From: Gammaproteobacteria bacterium
Lineage (GTDB): Bacteria; Pseudomonadota; Gammaproteobacteria; Steroidobacterales; Steroidobacteraceae
Direction: 5' to 3'
Assembly (NCBI GenBank): GCA_947455595.1
Contig: CANGOP010000015.1
Span: 3,812-67,811 of the forward strand
Length of the DNA: 64,000 nucleotides
Both the position numbers and the translations under genes were made by a program. Each line of letters begins with the position of its first letter. Within the stretch, counting starts at the first letter, position 1. Of this stretch, positions 33,855 through 45,109 are shown piece by piece. The notes beneath the pieces are model-generated. The model worked only from the letters and a program-made list of their open reading frames with translations. It made no database searches and was not told the DNA's origin.

Positions 33855-36800
33855 ATGAGTCGAACCCGGCAAGTCGCTAAATGGGTGTCTATTTCAGCGG
33901 CGGCACTTGTGCTGCTGTTGGGTGCGGCCGTGGTCGGATTGGACGTCTGGCTGTCGCGGTCGCCGGATCTCGCGCCGCGCCTCGTGGCACGGATTGAGGC
34001 GCTCACCGGACTGCGCTTCTCCTACGACAGCCTGACGGCACGGCTCGGCTTTTATGGACCCGAACTGGTCTTCACCAACGCCAGCATTACCCTCAAAGAT
34101 CAGCGCAATGCTGTGGTCAGTGCGCGCTCGGGACGTGTCGGTCTCGATTTATGGCGTGCGTTGCGCACCTTGCATCCGGCGTCGGTGCGGGTGGTCTTGG
34201 ATGGCGCGCGACTTTACGCATTCTTGACTCAGAATGGGATTGAACTGCGCGGCGGACCGATGTCTGACGACGACACTCACATTCCCTTAGATCAGGTTCC
34301 CATCGGTCATGTCCGCATTGAGGACAGCACCGTCACCGTTCGCGATCTGCGCACTGAAGAGCCGGCCTGGAAGGTCGATCGGGTCTCGATTGATCTCGAG
34401 CGTGACCCGCAGATGCTGAGCGTGGCCGCGCAAGTGCGGTTGCCGGATACGCTCGCCTCGCGGGTGTCAGCCGACGTGGCGTTACGGGGTGATTTGAAGT
34501 CGCCTGCCGAGTTACATTGGACCAGTCATCTGGATCTCAAGAAGGCTTCGCTGGCAGGGTGGACGGCCTTGCTGCCGCGCTGGACCGAGCGTCTCTCCGG
34601 CCATGGGGATTTGTCGGCGACGGTGGCCGGCCACGGTTCGGCGATTGACCATGTCGCGGCAACGCTTGCGTTGAATGACGTTGTGGGGCCCGACGTGGCG
34701 GCAGCACCTGCGCCGCACTTTCCGACCTTGTCCGGATCTGTCACGGTGGACCGTGACGGCCGAGGTTGGCGCGCGCACGGTTCGGGCATCACGATTGATT
34801 CCGGTCATGATCCGTGGCGTCGCGGAGAATTTGAGTTCCGATTCTCGCCAGGTGCTGCCGATGGTGGCGTGTTCCGCCTGCGCTCCTCGTCCATTCATTT
34901 GGACGCGATAGGTGCCTTGGCTTCCCTGCTACCTCAAGGCCGTGCACGTGAGATGTCCTTGGCCCTGTCGCCGCGTGGCGAGCTCAATGGTGTGGATATT
35001 GCCGTCACCCGTGAAGCGACGCGGGGCTGGCGGCTCAACGGTGGTGCTAAGTTCAGTGGATTGTCGATCGGTGCGTTCGAGTCCATCCCGGGTATTGCCG
35101 GGATCTCCGGTTCGATCGCAGGCGCCGGCGATCACGCGGCGGGTGAATTGACCTCTTCCGGAATGACGGTGGATTTGGCGCGCGCTATCCGTGAGCCCAT
35201 CCCGGTGGAACGCCTGCACACGAAGTTTGACATCGGCTGGAAGGAAGATGGTTGGCGCTTCGCGCTCACCGATGCCACGCTCACGACGCTCGGCGCACAT
35301 GCTCAGGGCGGGGTTCATCTGTTCTTGCCGACCGATCCGCAAGTCCCATCCGACATCCAGCTCGACTTTCAGTTCAATGGCATCCAAGCGGTCAACGCGA
35401 CGCGCTATTTGCCTGGGCGGAAGCTGCCCCCGCGTACCATGGAATGGCTCGATCACGCGTTCCTCGGCGGTTCGGTCAGCGCCGGTCGCGCAGAATTATC
35501 GGGTGATCTCAAGCGGTTCCCGTTTCATGATGGTGGCGGGCTCTTCCGGATTGCCTTCAACTACGATCATCTGCGGCTTCATTTCCACGATGAATTCGGC
35601 GATCTCGAAGACTTATCGGGGGACGCTGAATTTAAGAATAGTGGTTTTACGGCGCATGCCGATCATGGTCGCGCGCGCGGTATCTCGATCCGCCAAGCTG
35701 TGGCGGGTATGGTGGACTTCAAAGAAGCGGAGCTCACGGCCGACGCGAAGGTCGAGGGCGACGTGCGCGAGGCGCTGTCGTATCTGCAGAGTTCGTTGGT
35801 CGGGCCCAAGCTAGGACCGCTCTTTATGAAGCTCGGTGGCAAGGGGCCGATGAGTAGTGATCTCAGACTCGTCCTACCGTTTCGGCATTTTGCCGATCGT
35901 GTTGTGGCGGTGGAGGCCCGCATCGATCGGGCGCAAATCAAAGTGCCCGGACTTAACGAGCCCGCACACGATGTGACCGGCACGCTGTCCATCCGTAATC
36001 GTGAGGTCAATGCACCGAAGATCACCGCCACCCTGCTTGGCGGCCCGGCGCGATTTGCCGTGAAGTCGGTGGGTGGAAAAGGCGTCGAGCATGCGCTGAT
36101 GGTGACGGGCGAAGGCAAAGTATTCGCCGATCACGTACAGAGTGAATTTGGGATCGACCACGGATCGTGGATGACGGGTGCTGCCGACTGGACGGTATCG
36201 GCACGCTTCCCGCGGCAAGAGTGGCAGTTGCCCCCGGATCCAGTGCCGGCAGACGCGCCACCGGATACTCGACCCACCGTGCATGAAGTCGAGACGCGTT
36301 GGGGGATCGGCGCGGTGCAGTTGCAGACATCGCTGCAGGGATTTGCGCTTACGTTCCCCGCGCCGCTGGCCAAGAGTGCCGATGCGACGCGCTGGCTACG
36401 GACTGAGGTGGCGATCGATTTCCCGGTGGATGAGACAACCCCCGTGCCGCCAGGCGCAAAGCGCGAATCAAATCATCCGCTCAGCGTCACGTTGCGCAGC
36501 CAATTCGGACGTGACAGCGCCGCCTTTGAGTGGCGCCAGGAAAACGATGAGTTGCCGCTCACGCGAGGCATTGTTCATTTCGGGCCCGGTGCAGCGATGT
36601 TGCGCGAGGGTCCGGGCATTTGGATCGATGGCCGCTTGCCCGATTACGACTTGTCGGCATGGTTGCGTGTGCGACTCAAGGAGCAGCCGGGCAGTGCGCT
36701 CGCCAACGTGTTGGCGGGCAGCACCTTGCAGGTCGAACACTTTAATATCTTCGGCTTCCGCTTTCCCGACGTGTCCTTGGCGTTAAGTGCGCGGGACGGC

Positions 36801-37898
36801 GCGTGGCGGGTGGCCGTGGAGGGGCCTGCGGCGCGCGGCGTTATCGTGGTGCCGTATGACATGCACGGGTCGCAGACCCAGACGCTGACACTGGATATGG
36901 ATCGCCTACTGATCGGCGAACATGCCGATGGCTCGGGGGTGGCGGAGGAGGATGAGACGGATCCGACGCAATTGCCGCCGCTCGCGATCAAAGTGCGCAA
37001 TCTTGAGGTGCAGAAGCGTCGCTTCGGTTCTCTCGAGGCGACGCTCTCGCGCGCGCCGGATGGCCTGTTGTTGGATCAAGCCGTATTGCACGGCAATTCA
37101 TTCGAAGCCACCGCCAAAGGCAGTTGGACCGCAGGCCCTGCGGGGCAGTCGAGCACGCTGAATTTCGTGTTCGATAGCACCGACATGCAGGACACTCTCA
37201 ATGCTTGGGGCTTCCAGCAGACTCTGACGGGCAAACACGCCCACGCCAGCGGTACCCTCGGCTGGCCGGGCAGTTTGGATCTGGGATTGTTTTCGCGGGC
37301 GACTGGCAATGTGCGCATTGATGTCGAGCAGGGCCAGGTGCTGGGTGTGAATCCCGGCGCCGGTCGGGTCTTGGGGCTCCTGTCGATCGCGGCATTACCA
37401 CGCCGACTCACGCTGGATTTCAGCGATCTGACCGACAAGGGTTTCGCCTTTGATCATATTCGAGGGGATTTCGCGTTCAAGGGTGGTAACGCCTATACGC
37501 AGAACCTCGTGCTCAAGGGACCCGCTGCCGAGATCGGTATTGTCGGCCGTACCGGATTGCTGGCCCGCGACTACGATCAGACGGCGAAGATCACCGGCCA
37601 TGTCAGCGGTCCGATTGCAGCGGCCGGGGCACTGGCGGCAGGTCCTGCGATCGGCGCGGCACTGTTGCTCTTCTCAACGGTTTTCAAGGAGCCGCTCGGC
37701 GGCATTGCTCGCGGGTACTATCACATCACGGGCAGTTGGGATAAACCGTTGATCGAACGAATTGGGGCCAATGAGGCGCGTGAGGTGACCGGTAAGGCAC
37801 CCACGACCGTTGAGGTCCCCGCCTTGCCCGCACCGAATTCTATGGAGGGCGCGGTGTCCGCGCCTGAACCCGATGTGCCGACGGTACCGCGTCGCTGA
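33855..37898 (+). CDS. yhdP: YhdP/AsmA2-family envelope protein (large, N-terminally anchored)
   Basis: 1347 aa from ATG 33855, N-terminal TM helix. Size and position immediately after rng match yhdP. The track start at 33723 overlaps rng. Confidence 0.85.
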   Translation: MSRTRQVAKWVSISAAALVLLLGAAVVGLDVWLSRSPDLAPRLVARIEALTGLRFSYDSLTARLGFYGPELVFTNASITLKDQRNAVVSARSGRVGLDLWRALRTLHPASVRVVLDGARLYAFLTQNGIELRGGPMSDDDTHIPLDQVPIGHVRIEDSTVTVRDLRTEEPAWKVDRVSIDLERDPQMLSVAAQVRLPDTLASRVSADVALRGDLKSPAELHWTSHLDLKKASLAGWTALLPRWTERLSGHGDLSATVAGHGSAIDHVAATLALNDVVGPDVAAAPAPHFPTLSGSVTVDRDGRGWRAHGSGITIDSGHDPWRRGEFEFRFSPGAADGGVFRLRSSSIHLDAIGALASLLPQGRAREMSLALSPRGELNGVDIAVTREATRGWRLNGGAKFSGLSIGAFESIPGIAGISGSIAGAGDHAAGELTSSGMTVDLARAIREPIPVERLHTKFDIGWKEDGWRFALTDATLTTLGAHAQGGVHLFLPTDPQVPSDIQLDFQFNGIQAVNATRYLPGRKLPPRTMEWLDHAFLGGSVSAGRAELSGDLKRFPFHDGGGLFRIAFNYDHLRLHFHDEFGDLEDLSGDAEFKNSGFTAHADHGRARGISIRQAVAGMVDFKEAELTADAKVEGDVREALSYLQSSLVGPKLGPLFMKLGGKGPMSSDLRLVLPFRHFADRVVAVEARIDRAQIKVPGLNEPAHDVTGTLSIRNREVNAPKITATLLGGPARFAVKSVGGKGVEHALMVTGEGKVFADHVQSEFGIDHGSWMTGAADWTVSARFPRQEWQLPPDPVPADAPPDTRPTVHEVETRWGIGAVQLQTSLQGFALTFPAPLAKSADATRWLRTEVAIDFPVDETTPVPPGAKRESNHPLSVTLRSQFGRDSAAFEWRQENDELPLTRGIVHFGPGAAMLREGPGIWIDGRLPDYDLSAWLRVRLKEQPGSALANVLAGSTLQVEHFNIFGFRFPDVSLALSARDGAWRVAVEGPAARGVIVVPYDMHGSQTQTLTLDMDRLLIGEHADGSGVAEEDETDPTQLPPLAIKVRNLEVQKRRFGSLEATLSRAPDGLLLDQAVLHGNSFEATAKGSWTAGPAGQSSTLNFVFDSTDMQDTLNAWGFQQTLTGKHAHASGTLGWPGSLDLGLFSRATGNVRIDVEQGQVLGVNPGAGRVLGLLSIAALPRRLTLDFSDLTDKGFAFDHIRGDFAFKGGNAYTQNLVLKGPAAEIGIVGRTGLLARDYDQTAKITGHVSGPIAAAGALAAGPAIGAALLLFSTVFKEPLGGIARGYYHITGSWDKPLIERIGANEAREVTGKAPTTVEVPALPAPNSMEGAVSAPEPDVPTVPRR

Positions 37899-37907
37899 GG
37901 ACTTGAG

Positions 37908-38729
37908 ATGAGTGTATTTGCTGCCGTACAGATGACCTCAGGGCCTGAGGTTGCCGCCAACTTGGCCACCGTCGGTCCCCTGATCGATCGGGCCGCCGAG
38001 CAAGGCGCCGCCGTCGTATTGCTGCCGGAGAATTTCAATTTCATCGGGCGCCGCGACATCGACAAGCGCGACGTGGCTGAAACGCTCGGTGATGGCCCCA
38101 CGCAGGCGTTTCTAGCGGCCGCCGCACAGCGCCATGGGATCACGATCATCGCCGGTACGCAGCCGCTGCGCAGTGAGGCCGCCGATGGACGCGTGACGAA
38201 TTCCACGCTCGTCTATGACCGCAGCGGACAGTGCATCGCGCGCTACGACAAGATCCATTTGTTTGATGTGGACGTCCCTGGCAAGCCCGGAGAGACCTAT
38301 CGGGAGAGCAGTCATGTGGCGCCAGGCAGCGCGGTCGTGACCGTCGACACGCCGCTCGGTCGGGTAGGGTTATCGGTGTGCTACGACATGCGATTTCCCG
38401 AGCTGTATCGACGTTTGGTGAGTGCCGGTGCGGAAATCCTTGTGATGCCAGCGGCGTTCACCGTGCCGACCGGCCGAGCGCACTGGGAGACGCTGTTGCG
38501 CGCTCGTGCCATCGAGAACTTAAGCTACGTCTTTGCGGCCGCTCAATCGGGCGTGCATCCCAACGGTCGGGAGACGTACGGTGATACGATCGCGATTGAT
38601 CCGTGGGGCCGTGTCCTGAAGCGTTTGCCGCGTGGCAACGGGGTGGTGACTGCTCACGTGGATCTAGAGGAATTGCGGCGCATCCGCGCTGAGTTTCCGG
38701 CCTTGACCAACCGCGTCTTGGGCGCGTGA
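37908..38729 (+). CDS. Carbon-nitrogen hydrolase family protein
   Basis: 273 aa. Candidate E-K-C triad context (LLPENF..., [16 protein letters not shown]). Confidence 0.85.
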   Translation: MSVFAAVQMTSGPEVAANLATVGPLIDRAAEQGAAVVLLPENFNFIGRRDIDKRDVAETLGDGPTQAFLAAAAQRHGITIIAGTQPLRSEAADGRVTNSTLVYDRSGQCIARYDKIHLFDVDVPGKPGETYRESSHVAPGSAVVTVDTPLGRVGLSVCYDMRFPELYRRLVSAGAEILVMPAAFTVPTGRAHWETLLRARAIENLSYVFAAAQSGVHPNGRETYGDTIAIDPWGRVLKRLPRGNGVVTAHVDLEELRRIRAEFPALTNRVLGA

Positions 38730-38749
38730 GGATTGCTTTGAACGCTGTG

Positions 38750-40210
38750 ATGAATATTGATCCGAATCAGTTGGCCCACGATACGATTCTGGCGCCGGCC
38801 GGCTTGACTCTCTCCAAGCTCGAAGACGTGCTCGGGTTGATGCACGAGCACGTTCTGGATGAAGCGGAGTTGTACTTCCAATGGTCACGCGACGAGTCTT
38901 GGGCGCTCGAAGACGGCATCGTGAAGGACGGGTCCCACAGCATCGACCAGGGTGTCGGCGTGCGCGCGATCGCCGGTGAGCGTACAGGGCTCGCCTACTC
39001 GGACGAGGTGGGAGAGGCGGCGCTTGTGCAGGCGGCGCGAGCTGCGCGCTCCATCGTGCGTCACGGCGGGGAATTGGCCGAGCCCGGCGCGCGCGGTATT
39101 CGGATCGGCGAGGCGGTGAGTGCGCCGCGGTTATATCTCCCGCAGGATCCGATTGTGGCCCTATCGGATGTGGATAAGGTCGCTTTTCTCCAGGCCTTAG
39201 ACCGAGCGACCCGTGCGGCAGACCCTCGGGTACAGCAGGTCATGGCGAGTCTCGCCGGCTCCTACGAGATCGTGTTGGTCGTGAATTCTCGCGGCGTGTT
39301 GGCGGCCGACGTGCGCCCGCTCGTGCGGGTTAATTTGTCCGTTATTCTGGAAGCCAACGGTCGCCGCGAGCAGGGCTATGTGGGCATGGGCGGCCGTTAT
39401 TCCTTGGATGAGTTGATTCATCATCGCGACATCGCGGATTTACCCCGTCAGGCGATTCACGCGGCGCACGTCAATCTCGAAGCAGTGGCCGCACCGGCCG
39501 GCTCGATGACCGTTGTACTGGCCTCCGGATGGCCTGGCGTCATGCTCCACGAGGCGGTGGGTCATCCTTTGGAGGGCGACTTTAACCGTAAGGGCACGTC
39601 GGCGTTTTCCGGTCGCCTCGGCGAGACCGTCGCCAGCCCCCTGTGCACGGTGGTCGATGATGGCACGCTGGCGAACCGACGCGGCTCGCTCAGCATCGAC
39701 GATGAAGGCACGCCAACGCGCTGCACGACCCTGATTGAGCGGGGCGTGTTGACCGGCTACATGCAGGATCGTCTCAATGGTCGCCTGATGGGTACAGGAT
39801 CGACCGGCAATGGTCGCCGCGAGTCCTATGCGCATGCCACCCTGCCGCGCATGACAAACACGTACATGTTGCCCGGTCCACACGATCCTCAGGAAATCAT
39901 TCGATCTGTCGAGCGCGGTCTCTATGCCGTTAATTTTGGCGGCGGCCAGGTGGATACGACGAGCGGTAAGTTCGTGTTTTCCACCAGCGAAGCCTATTTG
40001 ATCGAAGACGGTCGTATCACGCGACCGGTGAAAGGCGCTTCACTGATTGGTTCAGGTCCGGAAGTGCTGCAGCGGGTGACGATGCTGGGCAATGACCTGA
40101 AGCTGGATGCCGGCGTTGGTAACTGCGGTAAGGAAGGCCAGACCATTCCGGTGGGCGTGGGACTGCCGACCGTGCGCGTCGATGGGTTGACGGTCGGCGG
40201 TACGGCCTGA
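38750..40210 (+). CDS. tldD: Metalloprotease TldD
   Basis: [11 protein letters not shown] zinc motif, about 486 aa from ATG 38750. Synteny with yhdP. Confidence 0.93.
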   Translation: MNIDPNQLAHDTILAPAGLTLSKLEDVLGLMHEHVLDEAELYFQWSRDESWALEDGIVKDGSHSIDQGVGVRAIAGERTGLAYSDEVGEAALVQAARAARSIVRHGGELAEPGARGIRIGEAVSAPRLYLPQDPIVALSDVDKVAFLQALDRATRAADPRVQQVMASLAGSYEIVLVVNSRGVLAADVRPLVRVNLSVILEANGRREQGYVGMGGRYSLDELIHHRDIADLPRQAIHAAHVNLEAVAAPAGSMTVVLASGWPGVMLHEAVGHPLEGDFNRKGTSAFSGRLGETVASPLCTVVDDGTLANRRGSLSIDDEGTPTRCTTLIERGVLTGYMQDRLNGRLMGTGSTGNGRRESYAHATLPRMTNTYMLPGPHDPQEIIRSVERGLYAVNFGGGQVDTTSGKFVFSTSEAYLIEDGRITRPVKGASLIGSGPEVLQRVTMLGNDLKLDAGVGNCGKEGQTIPVGVGLPTVRVDGLTVGGTA

Positions 40211-40211
40211 G

Positions 40212-41540
40212 TCAGGCGTCGGCGTCGACGCGTTCGAGCACCAGCGTGTGCATGCCGATCTGGACTTCATCACCAGACTGTAGCGGTTGAATCCAGACCG
40301 GTTCGCCGTTCATGCGGATCCCGTTGGTGCTATCGAGGTCTTCAATCTTGACGTCGCCATTCTCCAAGAGCAGGCGGCAATGACGCCGGCTGACGTAGCG
40401 AGATTCGATCTGTAGATCGTTTTCTCGGGTGCGACCGATCGAAAACTCGTTTGAATGGAGCGACACCGTTTTGATCAGCGTGCCCTCGTACTGCAGGTGT
40501 AAACGGTAGTAAAGCGCACGTGGCGCGTGAGTCACGGTCACCGCCGCTGGCGGCTCTGTCGCCCTCTCGTGACTCGTCGCGGCCATCGACGGTGCCTCGG
40601 GACTTCCCATGCTCTCCAAGGCTGTTGTGGAGATTTCCTCGGCTTGGTCGCGCGGGCACGTTTCAGCCGCCGGTCTCGCAGATGATGTGGCGGGCGAGGC
40701 CTCCAGCGGCGGGGGCGGTGGCACCAAGCGATTCTGGGTTTGCGTCATGGCGCCCAACAGACGGCTGGCGGCCAATACATCGTCCGTCCGTACGTTGTCG
40801 CGCAAGTCTTCATATGCCGAAGCCATCGCGCCGTCGGCCAGCTTGTTGATGTGCTTCGGTAAGCCGCCCGTCACCCGCATCAGCATGTCGATGGCCGTTT
40901 CTTCGAAAAGACGGCGGCCCCCGGCTCCAGCGGTATCGAGTCGGTGCTGGAGATAATGCGATAACTCGTCGGGGCGCAGCGGGCTCAACCGGATGCGACC
41001 ACTGATCGCGGATTGAAAAGCGCTGAGGTCGTCCGCTTCGAGGCGCTCAAGAAGCGAGGAGTCCCCGACCAAGAGGACGTCGAGCCGTGCCGAGGAGGGC
41101 GTGGCGGCTCGTAAGAGTTCAAGCAGAGCATCGGAGTCGAGCCGTTGCGCTTCATCCACGATGATGAGCGTACGTGCGCCGGCACGCTCGCGCTCCGCCA
41201 AAAAAGTGTGCAGCGCCGAGCCCAGTTCAGAACGCGTCAGGTGATATGGCGCATATCCGAACTGGATAAGCAGGCCTTGCAGCAGCGCGATGGTGGATGG
41301 CAGACCTTGATTGAGTCGTGCGACGGCCGTTGAGACCGGAAGATCGAGGAGTAGGCGATCAATCAGCGTGGTCTTGCCGACGCCCGCTGCTCCCGTCATG
41401 ACCGACACACCGCCGGGCCCCGCCACCATCGCTCGCAGCGCGTCCAATGCCTGGGCGTGGCTGACCGACGGGTACAGGAAGGCTGTATCCGGACTCAAGC
41501 GAAACGGTAGTGTTCTGAGCCCGAAGCGCTGCAGATACAT
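40212..41540 (-). CDS. ExeA/GspA-type AAA+ ATPase fused to a C-terminal FHA domain
   Basis: N-terminus MYLQRFGLRTLPFRLSPD...GAAGVGKTTL (Walker A)...LIIVDEAQRL (Walker B), typical of ExeA/MshM ATPases. Pro/Ser-rich linker follows. C-terminus FSIGRTRENDLQIESRYVSRRHCRLLLENGDVKIEDLDSTNGIRMNG is an FHA signature. No TM segment seen. The track start at 41612 is also possible. Confidence 0.75.
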   Translation of the reverse strand: MYLQRFGLRTLPFRLSPDTAFLYPSVSHAQALDALRAMVAGPGGVSVMTGAAGVGKTTLIDRLLLDLPVSTAVARLNQGLPSTIALLQGLLIQFGYAPYHLTRSELGSALHTFLAERERAGARTLIIVDEAQRLDSDALLELLRAATPSSARLDVLLVGDSSLLERLEADDLSAFQSAISGRIRLSPLRPDELSHYLQHRLDTAGAGGRRLFEETAIDMLMRVTGGLPKHINKLADGAMASAYEDLRDNVRTDDVLAASRLLGAMTQTQNRLVPPPPPLEASPATSSARPAAETCPRDQAEEISTTALESMGSPEAPSMAATSHERATEPPAAVTVTHAPRALYYRLHLQYEGTLIKTVSLHSNEFSIGRTRENDLQIESRYVSRRHCRLLLENGDVKIEDLDSTNGIRMNGEPVWIQPLQSGDEVQIGMHTLVLERVDADA

Positions 41541-41608
41541 GCTCGACGTCCCTATCTCCCCCAACCCCGGTTGGCCGTCGATCGTGCCCCGATTGCGCGG
41601 GGCCAACG

Positions 41609-42700
41609 TCAACCCTTCTTTTTCAGCTTCCTCGCGCGCGCAAGTGAGCGATCACGGTCTTTCGCCGATCCGGCCACGACGGTTGCATGCCCGAGTTTGC
41701 GACCTGGGCGCGCTTCGCGCTTGCCGTAGTCGTGAAAGTGCAGGCCCTTGACGGCCAACGCCTGTGCGCGCGTCGGCATCGCGCCTACGAAATTCACCAT
41801 CGCCGAGTGCCCACGGGGCTCGGTCGAGCCCAGCGGCAAGCCCGTGATGGCGCGCAGGTGGTTTTCAAACTGACTGGAAACGGCACCTTCGATTGTCCAG
41901 TGCCCCGAGTTGTGAACGCGCGGAGCCATTTCATTGGCGAGCAAAATGCCGTCCTTCACGAAGAACTCGACGGCGAGAATACCGACGTAGTCGAAGCGCT
42001 CCAGAATGGCGCGTACATGGCGTCGCGCTTGGCGTTCAAGGCTGGGGTAACGGGCGGGCGCGCGCGTTTCATCGAGGATGCCGCTCGCATGGACGTTTTC
42101 CGAGAGCGGGTAGTAGGCAATCTCGCCCGAGGAGCTGCGCGCTGCGATCATCGAGACTTCGCGCGAGAAGCGCACGAAGCCCTCGTAAATCAGCGACTGG
42201 CCATCCAAGGAGGTGAACGCGGCGGCGGCGTCCTTACGCTTCATGATCCGCGCCTGGCCTTTACCGTCATATCCCATGCGCCGCGTTTTCAGGATACCGG
42301 GGGCGCCGATGCGATCCAGCACGCACTCGAGGTCATAGCGCAGGTCGACGGGTGCAAACGCGGGTGTTGGGATACCGAGATCGCGGAAGAGTGTTTTTTC
42401 CAGCAGCCGATCCTGCGCGATGGCGAGGATGTCGGGCCGGGGATAGACCGGCACACGCTTGGCAATCGGGATCAGAGATTCGACCGGGACGTTTTCCCAA
42501 TCGAAGGTCACGACATCGCAGCCCTTCGCAAACTGCGCGAGCCGAGCGTGATCATCGAATTCGCCGGTGACGATGGGGGCCACTTGGCCACCGGGCGTAT
42601 CGGCAACGCGGTCGTAGAAGCGGAACTCAAGTCCGAGCGGGTATCCCGCCTCGACCAGCATGCGCCCGAGTTGGCCGGCGCCGATGATGCCGATCCTCAC
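41609..42700 (-). CDS. purK: N5-carboxyaminoimidazole ribonucleotide synthase
   Basis: 363 aa ATP-grasp protein, [14 protein letters not shown].... Follows purE with a 4-nt overlap. Confidence 0.95.
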   Translation of the reverse strand: MRIGIIGAGQLGRMLVEAGYPLGLEFRFYDRVADTPGGQVAPIVTGEFDDHARLAQFAKGCDVVTFDWENVPVESLIPIAKRVPVYPRPDILAIAQDRLLEKTLFRDLGIPTPAFAPVDLRYDLECVLDRIGAPGILKTRRMGYDGKGQARIMKRKDAAAAFTSLDGQSLIYEGFVRFSREVSMIAARSSSGEIAYYPLSENVHASGILDETRAPARYPSLERQARRHVRAILERFDYVGILAVEFFVKDGILLANEMAPRVHNSGHWTIEGAVSSQFENHLRAITGLPLGSTEPRGHSAMVNFVGAMPTRAQALAVKGLHFHDYGKREARPGRKLGHATVVAGSAKDRDRSLARARKLKKKG

Positions 42701-43191
42701 GCGGTGACGCTCGGATCCGGCTTCTCGAGAACGGCCGCCGTCTGCGCGGCGCGATAGGCCTCCAGCGCAGTGTCGAAGGCTGGATATTTGTTGGCCAAGA
42801 TCGCTGCTGCGAGCAGTGCCGCATTCGTAGCACCCGCAGGGCCAATGGCCAGCGTGCCAACCGGAATGCCAGCGGGCATCTGCGCGATCGAGAGCAAGGA
42901 GTCGATACCCGAGAGCATCTTCGATTGCACGGGTACACCCAAGACAGGCAGAGTCGTCTTGGAGGCGGCCATGCCGGGCAGATGCGCAGCACCACCAGCG
43001 CCGGCGATGATGACTTCCAGACCGCGCGATTTAGCGCTGCCCGCATAGTCAAACAGTAGGTCTGGCGTCCGATGCGCTGAGACGACGCGCGTCTCATGCG
43101 GAATGCCGAGCTTGGTGAGCGTTTCGGCGGCAGGGCGCATAGTCTCCCAGTCCGACGACGATCCCATGATGATGCCAACGAGTGCTTGCAT
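42697..43191 (-). CDS. purE: N5-carboxyaminoimidazole ribonucleotide mutase
   Basis: 164 aa from [18 protein letters not shown], ...[10 protein letters not shown].... The longer track ORF to 43377 overlaps yjgA. Confidence 0.95.
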   Translation of the reverse strand: MQALVGIIMGSSSDWETMRPAAETLTKLGIPHETRVVSAHRTPDLLFDYAGSAKSRGLEVIIAGAGGAAHLPGMAASKTTLPVLGVPVQSKMLSGIDSLLSIAQMPAGIPVGTLAIGPAGATNAALLAAAILANKYPAFDTALEAYRAAQTAAVLEKPDPSVTA

Positions 43192-43201
43192 AGTCTTCAG
43201 T

Positions 43202-43726
43202 TTACGCGCCAGAGGGCGCTTCTGCGAGGGCCTCACGCAGCCACCGGAATAATTCACGCGACGCCGCCGGCGGCCTTCCGCGAGACGCCTCGTGCTGAGC
43301 GGTGCCCACCAGCGAACGCAGTTTTCCGGCATCCAGTTCTGGATGGGCAGCGAGCAAGGCCTCAACCGCAGGATCACCCTCCGCGATCAACCGGTTGCGC
43401 CAGTTCTCGATCCGATGGAATTCCCGTGCCCGCAAGCGTTCATCCAGTGCCCTGGCCGCAAGAGCTGCTTGGATTTCGGTGACGTCGTGTTTGCGCAGCA
43501 ACTTGCCGATGAGTTGGCGTTGTCGTGCCGCGCCGCCGTGAGCCGAGATGCGCCGCGCCAGTTCAATAGCGTCGCGAAGCTTTTCTGGGAGCGGGATCTG
43601 TTCCAGTTCCGAGGGTGCCATCCGCACCAACTCGTCACCGAGGCGTTTCATGTCCTCGGCTTCCCGCTTCAGCAGGCTCTTGTTGGGCCGCTCGTATTCA
43701 GTTTCGAAGTCGTCTTCTGCCGTCAT
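43202..43726 (-). CDS. yjgA: Ribosome-associated protein YjgA (DUF615/DarP)
   Basis: 174 aa, charged helical protein. Divergent from pmbA exactly as in E. coli. Confidence 0.8.
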   Translation of the reverse strand: MTAEDDFETEYERPNKSLLKREAEDMKRLGDELVRMAPSELEQIPLPEKLRDAIELARRISAHGGAARQRQLIGKLLRKHDVTEIQAALAARALDERLRAREFHRIENWRNRLIAEGDPAVEALLAAHPELDAGKLRSLVGTAQHEASRGRPPAASRELFRWLREALAEAPSGA

Positions 43727-43774
43727 ACCCTATCCTAGCCTAGAATGCGGTTTCTTACTTCCGCTGGCGACGCT

Positions 43775-45109
43775 ATGACCCACCAAACCCCCTCTGGCGA
43801 TGAACTGGCCGCTCTCGTGGAGCGCGCGGTCGCGGAAGCTCGCGTGGCGGGCGCCAGTGCTGCCGATGTAGGCATCAGTGTCGAAACCGGCCTTTCGGTC
43901 ACCGTTCGATTGGGTGAGGTCGAGAGTCTCGAGCATCACCGGAACCGCGGGATGGGAATTACGGCCTACGTCGGGCAGCGCAAGGGCTCGGCGTCAACCG
44001 CGGACCTCTCGTGGGGCGCTATTGCCGATACGGTCCGCAAGGCAGTGTCGATCGCCCGCTTCACGGCTGAGGATCCCTATGCGGGACTGCCCGACCCTTC
44101 TGATCTGGCGAGCGACATTCCAGATCTCGAACTCAGCCATCCGTGGGCGATCGACGCACCGCAAGCGATTGAGATCGCACGGATCTGTGAGGCAGCCGCG
44201 TTGGCGGTCGATACGCGCATCACCAATTCCGAAGGCGCTTCCGTCAGTGCGCAATCAGCCGAGCGTGTCTATGGGAACACGCTCGGTCTGATCGCGGGCT
44301 ATCCATCGAGTTATGCCAGCATTAGTTGCGTCGTGATGGGTCAGGCTGGCGATCAGCAGGAGCGTGATTACTGGTACAGCACGTCGCGTGATCCTGCAGC
44401 GCTCGAGGATCCCGAAGCGATCGGCCGTCGTGCGGCTGAACGGACCGTGGCGCGTTTAGGGGCGCGACGCATCGCCACAACCCGTGCGCCGGTCTTATAC
44501 CTGCCGGAATTGGCGCGGGGCTTGCTCGGGCACTTCTTAGGCGCAGTTCGCGGCGGTGCGCAGTATCGGCGTAGCTCCTTCTTGCTGGACGCCGCGGGAG
44601 AGGCTGTTTTCCCACACTTCTTTTCGATCTCGGAGCGCCCTCACCTGAAGCGGGGCTTGGGGAGTGCGCCTTTTGATTCCGAGGGCTGCCGGACCCGTGA
44701 TCGAGAACTGGTGCGGGATGGTGTACTCGATGGTTACGTACTCGACAGTTATTCCGCACGCAAATTGGGATTGCGGACGACCGGCAATGCAGGTGGCGTG
44801 CACAATTTGATCGTGCACCCGGGTCAGAACGATTTCGCCGCTCTGTTGCGCCAGATGGGCCGTGGACTCGTGGTGACTGAACTGATGGGGCAAGGCGTCA
44901 ATCCGGTGACGGGCGATTACTCACGAGGAGCAGCCGGATTCTGGGTGGAGGGTGGTGCGATTCAGTATCCGGTGAACGAAGTCACGATCGCAGGCAACCT
45001 CCGCGAGATGTACCGTGACCTGGTGGCGGTGGGCTCGGATGTGGATCGCCGTGGCAGCGTGCAAACCGGATCGATACTCGTTGCGGAGATGACGATCGCC
45101 GGCGATTGA
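43775..45109 (+). CDS. pmbA: Metalloprotease PmbA (TldE)
   Basis: 444 aa from ATG 43775, ...GITAYVGQRKGSASTADLS... PmbA/TldD fold. Divergent from yjgA. Confidence 0.92.
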   Translation: MTHQTPSGDELAALVERAVAEARVAGASAADVGISVETGLSVTVRLGEVESLEHHRNRGMGITAYVGQRKGSASTADLSWGAIADTVRKAVSIARFTAEDPYAGLPDPSDLASDIPDLELSHPWAIDAPQAIEIARICEAAALAVDTRITNSEGASVSAQSAERVYGNTLGLIAGYPSSYASISCVVMGQAGDQQERDYWYSTSRDPAALEDPEAIGRRAAERTVARLGARRIATTRAPVLYLPELARGLLGHFLGAVRGGAQYRRSSFLLDAAGEAVFPHFFSISERPHLKRGLGSAPFDSEGCRTRDRELVRDGVLDGYVLDSYSARKLGLRTTGNAGGVHNLIVHPGQNDFAALLRQMGRGLVVTELMGQGVNPVTGDYSRGAAGFWVEGGAIQYPVNEVTIAGNLREMYRDLVAVGSDVDRRGSVQTGSILVAEMTIAGD

